A stretch of DNA of 64,000 nt from Asterias rubens (taxonomy: Eukaryota): positions 8,680,001 through 8,744,000 of the forward strand of contig NC_047082.1 of the NCBI RefSeq assembly GCF_902459465.1, in the 5' to 3' direction. The position numbers were made by a program, and so were the translations under genes. How positions within the stretch are numbered: the first letter of the stretch is position 1; each line of letters begins with the position of its first letter. Below the pieces are notes generated by a model. That model saw only the letters and a program-made list of their open reading frames with translations. It did not search any database and was not told the origin of the DNA. This document shows positions 12,230-24,091 of the stretch, in pieces.

Positions 12230-12779
12230 TTTTCCACTTGACCTAAGCAAGTTCCCAAGTGATCCCACAAAGTAGACTAAAAACATCTAAAGCCAAGGAC
12301 CAAAGATCATCTGTTGAAAACACGAAGCAGGAATTTAAAAAAAAGCGTGTTCAAAACACCAGCAGTAACATAATGAGCCCATTATTTAATTATGCACAAA
12401 AAAACTTGCTTGGCACCCAATTCTAACAGTAGAAACAGTTTACCAGCCCAATTAAAACAATTATTGTAATCGACCCGACATTTTGGCTAAAATCTGTGTT
12501 CAAAAATAGAGAACCAGGAGTGCTAGAATTAAAAAAAAAACTTGTGTGCTGAACTGCTTGACACAATAGTAGTAGTTCTTTGCTGAGCAAATAATTACAT
12601 TTTTTTTAGTCGGGTAAAAAAATAATGTCGGGTCGGGACGATCACAATAATAGTGTCAAATCAAGTCACCATCTAGATGAAGTATTCAGAAAAACTGAGG
12701 GAAAGGAAGACAATTATTTGTTAATAATTTGTTTTTGCATTGCCTATAATATTATTCTTCAGAATATTCTCGGTTTCAT

Positions 12780-13050
12780 GAATTCGGGCGGGGGGGGGGG
12801 GGGGGGGGGGCTTGCACTGTTCAGTCCGACTCACTGGAGGGCGCTATAACCAATCACCGGTAACTAGTTGCTGCTTGAGTTTTGTGCTCATGAATCGAAT
12901 CTCCACACACACACAGGCCGTCCGTGGACGATTTTAACTGCCTGTGTTTTTCCACGCAAAAAAAAATGTGCAATTTATACAACCAGTAACTCAATTTACT
13001 CTTCCAAAGATATGGTAACTGTGAGACAGTGTAGTGGTACGACGTTCCAT
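12780..13050 (+). promoter_or_regulatory. Putative promoter and non-coding first exon of the PAQR gene
   Basis: GGGCGG / poly-G, CCAAT at ~12850, CpG-richer stretch, strong donor CAT|GTAAGT at 13050/13051. The link to PAQR is inferred. Confidence 0.45.
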
Positions 13051-14900
13051 GTAAGTAGTATTGTCTTTTCCACCCAATTCTAAGAGTTTTTTAATATTTT
13101 CTGTGCTTCGAGTAGTTACTACGGACCGGGTTAAACTGTTTGTTTTTTGTTTGGGCGGGGTCGTTCAGTTCAGTACCACACTGTGCAACATGTATTTACC
13201 ATGAGTACTGAACGTTGTTTGCTAATGCTAGTATTTTGATATGTTTGGCGCTATACAAAGTTGTAGAATTCTTTGAACATCCATGGATGAGTGTTTACAA
13301 TTGGTGTTTTTGTTTCCATGTCGAATGTTCATTTACCGTCCTTTATTTAGGCAGGATAGGCTTAGCTAAGGCTTAGTGAATTGTCTAGAATTTAATTAAA
13401 TTTATAAATGGAGTCAGACAGTTCATTGACCTGTCTGCTGATATAAAAATATGGTATGATTGATGGATGATGAACTGAGACCCTGCTCTACTTTCCGGAT
13501 CACGCCACCACTTTTCACCCATGGCCATTTGTACACAAAACGTAAAAATATGTAAAAAGGATATCTCATTCTCATTGAGGTTAATTAGATACTTTATATT
13601 ATTATTTCAAATCGATGAAAAAGTGGTGGCGCCATACGTAAACTTTCCCTTTCCGGAAAAGTTTCCGTATGGCGCCACCACTTTTTCATTCGATATAAAA
13701 TAATATAGTATCTAATTTACCTCGATGAGATATCCCTTTATGTAAAAATTTGTGAAAAAGTGGTGGCGCCATTTGTCAAACTTTCCCATTTCCCTTTGTG
13801 TTTCTATCTTCTTGTGGTTTTGGTCAAACCAGTCCCTTCCCTTCACCCCCCCACCCTTTTGTCTTCCTATTCATTGTCTACCCCTGCTTTTTCTGCATGA
13901 TTTCTGACTCCATTCATGTATTTCCACTTCACTGCTTATTTTATGTTAGACTTAGCTACTGCTAGAACTATGCGGTTTTGATTCGCTATATTGTCTCCCC
14001 GTAACCTCATAGTCATAGACGTACATCTCTCACGAAAATAACGAGTCTGCTTTTTTCCGGTTCTTTTATAACAAAAAATTTTAATTTTGGCAATGCAAAT
14101 CTTTTGTTTTCTTTGTTTATTCATCTCGCCAAAATTAGGCTCTGTGTCCTTTGAACTCTCATTGGCCCTGGGGGCTACAGAAAATCCACTCCGCAATCTC
14201 AAAAATTTTTAAAAATGATAAATTCTTACCGTAACTCAGTCCCCTACTTCTCCGTTTTACCACTACTACACTACAAATGTCGATTGTCCCCGACCATGCG
14301 CGTATTTTTTCCCACAGGACAAACGTGGAGAATTATCTGCACACATTCGTCCTGGAAAAAAAAAATACCTGATCCGTAGTTTGTGTAAAAAACATATTAT
14401 GGACATGTGTCTGGGAACACACTCTTCGTGGTTCCCAGACGCGTGTTGATAGGCCTACCACCTTACAGGTATGTTAAAAAGTTGTGAAAGTACAAAAAAA
14501 CACAAAGAAATGCAAGAAAATAAAACTGGGTTTTATGTTAAGTTGTTTATTTTCAATGATTAACCACTTTCGGATGTAACTTATCAGGAAGGAAGTTTCC
14601 AAAATAAAATGCAATATATTTCAGCATTTATTTATTTTTTTTTTTCCCATTTTTTTTTCACCCTTATTGGCTTGTTTGGGCTTGTTTGGGCATGTTTCTC
14701 CACTGGTATCAAAATAAATCATTTTTCCTGATCGCATCACGTACATGTCAGCACAAATGGCTGTGCCTTTGTTTAGCGCCAAGGTCGAACGTGTGTACAA
14801 TCTATTTTATGTTTTCCAAAAGGGCCACTATCGTAATCTGTTTTATGTACGGTACTCAGAAAGAGTGTCATCAACAGTACATTATATGACTCATAGATTT

Positions 14901-14941
14901 TGTTTGTTTGTTTGTTTGTTTGTTTGTTTGTTTGTTTGTTT
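14901..14941. repeat. (TTTG)n microsatellite
   Basis: About 10 TTTG units. Confidence 0.9.
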
Positions 14942-16399
14942 GAATGATCTTCACATCAAGGGAACTCGGCAAACTCCTACAAGGGATATAAACACCAAGC
15001 TGGCAACAGCCAATCTCTCTCTTACAAACATTGGTTTAACTTCTATGATTATGAATTACACAAATCAAGAAACTGTGATTCATTAACGAGACGACAATAT
15101 TCATTCTAGTCAGTGTGAAATCAGAGGTTAGCTTTGGGGATTCGAACCCACAACCTTGTGATTGCAAGTCCTACAGTCCAACCACTTGACCACGGTGACT
15201 TAATGATATACTGTCGGCCTACTTGCACAAGACGGCATTATCACACAATAATTACTAAAATAACTATTTTCCAAGAACACCCAAAACAGTAAGTTACATT
15301 TTGTTTTGTGAGAAAGCCTTGTTAATATTTTAATAATATAGGTTGTTTATTTCATGTTGTATCCAAGGCTACCCCTTTTTACAGTCTCGGTTATTGTTGT
15401 GGGGGAAAAAATGTAATAAATATTATCCAACCTTTGCTTGAATCTTTAATATTTCATTTCGCAACGACTAAAAATAATGAAGACAGGTGCATCTTTGCAA
15501 ATTTTCAAGCCAAGTTTCTAATGCACAGACTCTAATATAAGAACTGTACAGCGTATGTTTGTCAATTGTCCAACACCCCAAGAACCACATCCATACCATT
15601 GAGTCACTGTCAACAGACATGACAGATTGTTTTAAATGTAAAGTAAGCTTTACTTTGTAAATCATCAATCATGAGGAAAGATTTTGTTTGTTTAGTCCGC
15701 TGTTACCAAGTGAACTTGTATTGAGCTAAACTGTAGGGCCTATTGCAGCGTGTCCTGATCAAACAATACACATGGCATATGGTTCAGGCTATGGCTTATG
15801 GGTCCCTACAATCATAATACAGTACATGAATACAGTCCCTACCTGATTGAGTGGGTTTTCCAATTGGGGTTCAGCGCTTGAAATTAACGCTGGAGGGCAG
15901 TGATTTTAGAGTTAATAATAATAATAATAATATCAAAGTCTTATTTATAGCGCACGTATCTACCAGACAAGGTACTCAAGGCGCTGAGTATAGAATACAA
16001 ACTTCCAGAAAGATAGGTTAAATTGCAGTGATGAATTCTGAGACTCAATTATTTAGCACCTTATAAGGGTTAACAAGGTGCTACAGCCAGGAACACTGAG
16101 ACAAACCCCTTCTTTTTTCGATGAGGGCACTGGGTTCTTTTCTATGCGTTAAACAACACTTGGGATCAATGGCTTTACATCCCAATTTACCTCGACTTCG
16201 TCTTGGTAAAATTCTCAAGAACCAGGCCTCGTTGGGATTAAACCGCTAGTTTGATTCACCACACATTGATTCCCTTATTATAGTTAGAAGTGCATTGAAG
16301 CTCTTCATGAAGAATTATTTTTTGTTTTTTTGTTTTTTTTTAAATCTGTTTTCTTTTTGCAGTTCCTCATTAGATGACAGTCAGTTGATAAGTGGAAAG

Positions 16400-17398
16400 A
16401 TGAAAATCTCCATCGGTTACCGAGATGACAACCAGCCGCCCGGCCTACGCGCTGAAGAGGTGCCTCTCCAGTTCAGGGAGCCGTACGTGGAGGTCGGCTA
16501 CCGGAAGCCCTACCAGCCTCTCACCTTCTACCTTAAGAGCTTCTTCCAGATTCACAACGAAAGCCTAAATGTGTGGACCCACGCCATCGCCTGCATCGCA
16601 ATCGTATTCCAAGGAATCCGTTTGTGCTCCATGATCGACATGGAGAGGGATCCGTACGCTCCAATGTTCCGGATGTTCCTGATCAGCAGCGTGACGTACC
16701 TGTTCCTCAGTGCATGCGCACACTTGTTCCAGTCCATCAACGAGATCGGCCACCACGTGTGTTTCTTCATCGACTACATGGGAGTCAGCATCTACTGTTT
16801 CGCCGCCGGGATGGCTCAAGTTCATTTCTGCTCTCTGCCCTGGGTCTACAACCTCCTCCAGGGGTTTTACGTACCGCTGCATTGGCTGCTGTCGTTCCTC
16901 GTCTGTTTCTGCTGTAGTTACTCAAAGTATCGCTACAAGCGTCCGTACCCCTTTGCCCGAAAAGTCTGGCAAATGTCGTCGGTCGCGGCGGGGTACATCG
17001 TCGCCATTCTACCTATCTTTACGCGTCTTCTCTTCCAGGGTTTCTCGATTTTTCATGATATCGCGATGTTTTACCACGTAATCCAGGTCGCCTGTTTTCT
17101 GATTGGATCATTCTTCTTCGCCGCGCCCTTCCCGCAGAAGTTCTCGCCTGGTAACTTTGACATCGTCGGTCATGGCCATCAGCTCTTTCATATTTTCATG
17201 GCGCTGGTGTCGTACACGGAAGCAGAGGCTGTGTATCGAGATTACATCGACCGGAGGAACGTCTACTCAAGTCTTTTTACCCCCACACCGTCACTTGTGT
17301 ATGGTTATTTTGTTCTACTTGTGGTCGCTAATTTCACCGTTGTTATTGTATTAGGACATAAAGTTAAGGCTAGGTTAGACAGGGAAAAAGAAGAATGA
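16400..17398 (+). CDS. PAQR-family 7-TM protein, membrane progestin receptor alpha/beta (PAQR7/8)-like, 332 aa, single coding exon
   Basis: VPLQFREPYVEVGYRKP, FFQIHNESLNVWTH, SACAHLF, FIDYMG and GHGHQLFH metal-binding PAQR motifs. The ORF's upstream part (16295-16362) is an intron pyrimidine tract ending TTTTGCAG; first in-frame ATG after the acceptor is 16400. Confidence 0.9.
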   Translation: MKISIGYRDDNQPPGLRAEEVPLQFREPYVEVGYRKPYQPLTFYLKSFFQIHNESLNVWTHAIACIAIVFQGIRLCSMIDMERDPYAPMFRMFLISSVTYLFLSACAHLFQSINEIGHHVCFFIDYMGVSIYCFAAGMAQVHFCSLPWVYNLLQGFYVPLHWLLSFLVCFCCSYSKYRYKRPYPFARKVWQMSSVAAGYIVAILPIFTRLLFQGFSIFHDIAMFYHVIQVACFLIGSFFFAAPFPQKFSPGNFDIVGHGHQLFHIFMALVSYTEAEAVYRDYIDRRNVYSSLFTPTPSLVYGYFVLLVVANFTVVIVLGHKVKARLDREKEE

Positions 17399-17419
17399 AA
17401 ACTGGCCAAGTTGAATGGG

Positions 17420-17695
17420 AAAATGGTTTCCACAATGTAAGCAAAAAGATTACGCTAAGCACATGTCTGAAAACAAAACAACAGCGAGGGCCTTATTTCA
17501 TAAAGAGATGCTTTTAAGCATGAAACATCTTCTGCTTACAGGAAAATGATTTCCACATTATCATCTACTGACTAACATGTAAGCAAGAAGATTGTGCTAA
17601 GCGTGTCTGATATGAAAACAAAACAAAATCCAGGGCCTTATTGCACAGAGATGCTTTTAAGCATAAAACAATTCTCTGCTTAGTAAAATAAGCAG
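17420..17695. repeat. Tandem duplication (~125-150 bp units) in the PAQR 3' region
   Basis: AAAATG(G/A)TTTCCACA...GTAAGCAA.AAGATT..GCTAAGC...AGGGCCTTATT...AGAGATGCTTTTAAGCAT...TCTGCTTA occurs twice. Confidence 0.65.
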
Positions 17696-20073
17696 GAAGG
17701 CAGACATGTGAAATTGTGGAATTCATTTTTTTCTTTCACTTTAGCATTTTTTTATTATTCAAGTTATTATTGTACATGTATGTAGAATGTACAATATGCA
17801 TTCACCATGCATATAGTCCTTGTAATAATTACCATCGACTGGTTTGACATTTAATTATGTGAGATCATTAGCAGTACTGCATTGCATCAGGCCAGACCTA
17901 TCAATCTTAAAGTTGTGAGAGTAAAAACAAATGTTGGTTGGATTTTGTCAGCAAGATGATAATTTCCTAGCGCAGTTTAATATAATAGTGAAAGCTTTAA
18001 GGTTCTTGTACTATAATAAATAAGTGCAATTCTTTTGACGCAGCGAGTTACATACATGCAGGGAAATTTACGACACAGGGACATAAGAGATATCCTGCAC
18101 GCACTTTTTATTACAAAATAAAAAATTGTAACTAACGTAGGGTGCGTCGTGCATAAAGCTGTGTTTTGTCTCGGGCCAATAATATTATCTAGACAAGAAG
18201 GCTGCCTTAGCCTAATCAGCAAAACTAACTCTGGAAAAAAAATTGTGTTTTGTCATATTTTTTTTGTATCAAAACAACGATCACCGTTATCAATATATTA
18301 CCTTGGAGAAATTTTGTTTTGACTGCAGCCTCTACATGAATGGTTAATTATGTGAAAATGTACAATGTACAGTGTATGTGGACAGTTTTTGTTCTTAAAT
18401 ACGATTGTCCAAGCTTGTATCAATGCTTTAAGGTCCGGACTGGAACTCTCAGTATGCTGATCGGAAATAACACCAGGGCCAAATTTCATAGAATCGCTTC
18501 TAAATGCGAAAAATATTCCTTTTAAAAACAATTGTGTTCTAAGGAGAAATTTAGTATTTTATCAGTTCCATTTGTACACGCGACATGATACAATGTAGTT
18601 TGGCTGGTAACCTTATTCTGGTAAGCATAGTTTTGTTGTCCTGAGCTACTCTTTAGTAGGATTTGAAACTTGGGAGGTTTGCGGTAACCCCATGTGAACA
18701 CCATGTGAATATCTCTTTTTGAGTAGTTTTGGTTCTGCAAAGAACAGTTGGTTAACGGCTCTAATTTTTGTGCTTTCAAAGCAACTCAGTAACTCAGAGC
18801 CTAAGTCTAGTGCGCTAGACCACTCGGCCACGACACGACACGCCACTGGAGGTTCCACGCCTATGCCATCTCACCATCCACACATAATTATGTTAACCAA
18901 CTATTTCTTACTTGGCAGTTGTGCGATGAAATTTAACCAAAGGTGTTTGCCTAGTGTTAGATATAAGTGTCAGATCAAACACTTTGTCATGAAGTCTCTC
19001 CGACAGACAAACCATGTAAATGAGAAATGTTAATTTTCCCCATTTGCTATCACCTTGAAAATATCATTTAAAGGCATTGGACACTATTGGTAATTACTCA
19101 AAATAATTGTTGGCATACAAATTTACTTGGTAACGAGCACTGGAGAGCTGGTGATCAGTTGATAGTAAAAGTACATTGTGAGAAACGGCTCCCTCTGAAG
19201 TAACATAGTTTTTGAGAAAGTAAGTAGTTTCTCATGCAACTACTTGGGCACACTCCATGGCTGTTTAGGAGTTATCCCTTTACATCGTTGCACTGAATTT
19301 CCTTTACTTTAGCCACGGGCTGTTTGTGTAGTAAAAGCTTAGTGATATCAGTCATTTGTATGTGCTCACTAGCACTAGCAGTGTTCTACTCTTGACTTGT
19401 TTATCGGCAATCCCGCTGTAAACTTGTATCTGCAGGATGGAAACTAATGGCTGCCTAGTAACCCTAAATTGTCTCGCAGGAAATCAGTCGCGGTCACCAG
19501 CTGTTCCTTGTAGACACGATACATTTGTCGTTGCTTCGTAACAAAGCATGTTTTTTTGTGTTACTTATGAATTCATATACCATGATCAGTCAAAGTTCCA
19601 TGAACATGTTTGTTTGAGTATAGGCTATGCTTGACTGCTTGCCGCGCTTGACTGATGAATTATTCTAAACCTAAAAATGGTGAATGATGTATTACTTCAT
19701 GTTGCTGAGGTTTTGGGTATTGGGGTTTTCATCATGAAATACTTCACTGCATAATGGTTGTCTGAATTTGCATTATACATTAATACAGAGATTTGTTTCA
19801 TCATTTTGGTACTTCAGATTCCCACTGCTTGTACGTATTTAACATAGTGCACAAGACGCCTGTTCATATGTTTTGATTTGTGTCGGAATTTGAAAAATGT
19901 CTTTAATTGCTGTCACAGTGTGTTGAGTTACTCTCCGGTATGAGGAAGTTGCACAGGGGGATGTTTTTCATTTCCAGTGGAGATTCACAAAATGAAAATC
20001 ATAGAAAAATTAAATTGGCAAAAAACTTATCTTGGCAAAAAATAGGTTACCAGCCTGAGCCAGAACATCATAC

Positions 20074-20107
<34 letters not shown>

Positions 20108-23100
20108 GATTTATAACGCGCACGTATTCACCCTGACCTGGGTGTTCAAGACACAGAAACCATTGCTGCGACTGGTACCCCGGTGGAAACTTGCTTAGCT
20201 GAGAAATTTGCTATAAAGCAGAATGTTCTGCTCGAACAGCGATATGAAAATTGGCCCTGGGCTGGACGACTGCACAACTTATAAATATTTGTCATTAAAA
20301 AAGTGAATGCATAGTTCTAATGCAAACGCAGTCACCTTTATTCCACACACACACACACACAGAGCAAACCAATTCCACATGAAAAAATAAAAATGAGTTA
20401 AATCCTTCAGGCTATGTGCGAGCCATTCTCAATCCCTTGAAGTGATTTCACGGGATTTTCATTTCTATATTCCAGAAATAATGTTCTCAATGAATGGTTT
20501 ACTCCTGTATTTTATTTAAAGACACTGATCACTATTGGTAATTTATTGTCAAAGGAAAGACTAGTCTTCTCACTTTGTGTATCTCAACATCTATATGCAT
20601 AAAATAACAAACCTGTGAAAATTTCATCTCAATTGCGAGTAATAATGAAAGAAAAAACACCCTTGTCATGCGAAGTTGTGTGCTTTCAGATGCTTGATTT
20701 TGAGACTTCAAAATCTAATTCTGAGGTCTCAGAATCAAATTCGTAGAGTTTATTTCTCAAAAACTACATTACTTCAGAGGGAGCCGCTTCTCACAATGTT
20801 TTATACTATCAACCACTCCCCATTACTCGTTACTAAGTAAGGTTTTACGCTTATAATATTTTTGAGTAATTACAAATAGTGTCCCCTGCATTTAACAGAT
20901 GCTGCTGTTTGCTGAACCCTGTCTTTTAAAACGGACGGCCTTCTTGGAGTTACTTACCCCTGGGAAAATAATGTAATCTAAACGGCCAAATCACAAAAAT
21001 CTAATTATAGAAGAAAAAGAAGAAAAAAACAATACCCGGGAACCATCACCTCTGAAGTTTAGTTTTCATGTTTTTATTTTTGTTGCAAGGTCTGTTGGTT
21101 CATTAATACTAGAGTAGTTTTCTTTGCAGGTATTGTGTCTATAAATCAGCATTAAATTGACAAAACCAAACAACTCTACCTTTGACATAGTGTAAAATCT
21201 ACGCACTTTCTTTTGAGCGAACCTTTTTTTTTAATTGTCTGTAGCAAGTCCTTTTAAACCCAACATCCTGAGTTCCGTAAAATATTCAGAAACTGTGACT
21301 TGTTTTTGAATTCAAATCTCTATTTAAAAAGCGCCCGAAATGGTTTAGAAATGGTGTGTACACACATCACAATGTCAGTGCTTCATTTGTAATGTAAATT
21401 ATACAAGTGCCAAGTTCACTGTAGTACCCTCAAATATTATAGAACCATCGACAAATTCCGAAAGATTCTGAAAACCCCTGAAGTCTTTTTTGTTAAAAGA
21501 TTTGAGAAATCCATGTAAAAAATCGCCTGTACATTGTTAAAGTGCAAAATTCACTCTCTGTAGTACCTTCAAATATCAAATAAATAAAAATATAAAAAAA
21601 CCTGAAATCTATTTTGTTAAAAGATTTGAGCAATCCAAGTCTTAAATCCGAAATTTGCTGACTAATGTGGCATTGTTTGTCTGCGTGCGGTTCACATGTA
21701 CGTGTATCAATTATCGTCTACTCTGCTCCTAATACTACTGATTGAACGATGAAGCGTGCATCCATATCTAGGCACAAGAGAAATAATTGAATTTGCAGAC
21801 AGTGTAAGTAAATCAGGCACGATAAATCACTCTACACTCTACACACAGTTGGTTTTTCAATAGAAGCGTACACACTGAACCATCTAATAGCAGGATACGT
21901 ATGTCTTTGTATTTTTAGATATTATTGAGATTATTAGATGAGATATAATGTCAAAGTTAATTTTCTTTCGAGAAGAATGTATAAGATATTAAATTATTGC
22001 GTATATTTTTTTGTGAGTAAGGAAAGAATTAACTAATTTATTTGTAGTCGTAACGGTATTTGAAGTAGTACTTTCACAGCTTATTGAGTCAAGATCTTTA
22101 CCACATACATCAGCCATCTTGTTTGCTTCCCATAGGAATGTACACAAACCAAAGTGAGGCTGGGAGGGATTTTGTTTAGTCTGTTCCCATTTGTGTGCAT
22201 GCTTATGGTACCTCCTGATTGTGTTGTGTATACAGGGAGCTTGACTTTGATGGACACAGTGTGAGTTAACTCGGCTGTAAACTAAAAAATAGTACTTTTC
22301 AGTTGGAGCAGTGGCGGAGCCCGACTACTTCAGCCATGTCTGAATTGGCGGCTTTGGCTATGTATGGCTATGGCTGTTCCTATGGCTGATGCTAAAGGCA
22401 TTTTATGCTTCAAAACAAAGTGACCTAGCCGCAGTCACCAATTCAAAGGCAGCCAGAAACAGCTTTTTGGCTGTGGCTACAAAACAACATACTAATGAAG
22501 AGAGTGGTTTATTCATGTTGCAGTAGTGCTGGCCTCTAGTGCATAATCCGACTGAAATAATCAAAGTATAATTTATAAAGATTGTCTGCCCACTGAAATT
22601 ATGGAAACTATGGTCAGTTATCGCTGAAACTGAAAAAAAAAAATGTGATAAAAATACTCTCCCGAAATAAGACAAAGAAAGCAACTGAATTAAAGAAAAA
22701 ACTTTAATTTATTGTATAAATATAAATTGTATTTGGATAATATTACACATTTTCAATGCTACGATTATGATGATAATATTAATAACCATCTATTTTTGTT
22801 AATTTAGTGGTGATGGTTCTTTGAAAATATATAAATTCATGGTGTGAATTTTAGATTTCTTCTCTTAGTGCTAGTGTTAAGTGTGTTTAGAAATTTAGTG
22901 CAATTGTGTTTTGAGTCGGGAGTGCGAATCGTTTTGCAGTCACTTTCGTAGCTTTCTTTAGAGTTCAGAGCAAAAAAAAATGCAGATATAACCTATGGGA
23001 AGAAATTGATTGTAGAATTTAAAATAAGATGGTGGTTTTGTAACATCAGGCAGAAAGCATTGTGTGTCATTTTGAAGGGCTTTGCAGAGGAGCCAACTTC

Positions 23101-23912
23101 TGTAAGCAAATTGTCATATTATTTGCTCAATTGGGACGCCCACGTTTGGGTTGAACACCCATGTGTGACAAAAACAAAATAGCATCTTGGCTAGATTTTT
23201 CAAACTAATTTGGTGAAATTTTGAACCAAATCCTTGTTTGATTTGACTCATATTTAAATGACTTTTTGGTATAATTCATATCCTCATTTGACATGTACAA
23301 AAGATTTAATTGTCCTATTTTCTGTAAGTTTAGGGTTTTTGATACTGATAACTTAATCGATCATACAGGTGTGAAAGGAATAGGGGTGGAGGTTGAGGTA
23401 CATGTATAAAATGTGATAGTTACATGTACTGCTGCGAATGGACTGGTTGTGGGAGGAGGTTGAAGTACAGTGTGATGAATGACACGTACTGCTGACGTCC
23501 CCTCCCCTTCCCCATCCTTCATCCCATATTTTATAGGATTACACTTGGTAACTATCCAAAGTAGAAAAAGGGAACTACTTTCAAGCAGCTTTACATCCAG
23601 CCGAATTGATTTGATGTGCAAACGCAATTATCATCGTGGTGTTTGTATAATTGACAATCATATTTTGGCCAAAAGCTTGCAATGTGGTTAAAATTCCATT
23701 GTTGTCGCTTCTATTGTGAGTCTGCATGTAATGCCCTTAAGTGGCAAGTAAAGGTTAGTTTTCTACGCAAAGACAAGTTTGACGCATTTTTTTAAAAGCA
23801 AATACATACAGATACTTGTAGCTTTTCTATTTTTTATTTCTATTTTTGTTAAAGGTGTCCCAGTAAATGTCAGAGGATCATGAGTGGGAAACAAAATGTC
23901 TGTGAATAGTAA

Positions 23913-24091
23913 AGGCCCGGTCACACAGGCCCTGATAACGAGAACGAAAACAAGAACGATCAAAATGCATGCCCTCGATTGGTTGAACGAGCGTGGGTGA
24001 ATTCTGCGTGGAGCATTTCAACCAATAGGATGTGTTTCTTTGCGTCGTTGTTGTTATTGTTTTTTGTTACTGCTCCAGTGTAACTTGGCCT
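23913..24091. mobile_element. AGGCC-terminated MITE with TAA TSD (PIF/Harbinger-like)
   Basis: TAA|AGGCCCGGTCACACAGG...GGCCT|TAA; same family as 54634-54822. Confidence 0.65.

Noticed and set aside
12081-12275. Poly-Cys ORF
   Set aside because: (TGT)n microsatellite.
16295-16399. N-terminal extension of PAQR (MKLFMKNYFLFF...)
   Set aside because: Translates the intron pyrimidine tract ending TTTTGCAG; the start is not ATG.
16552-17354. Alternative-frame ORFs over PAQR
   Set aside because: Shadows of a GC-rich coding exon, with no recognisable motifs.
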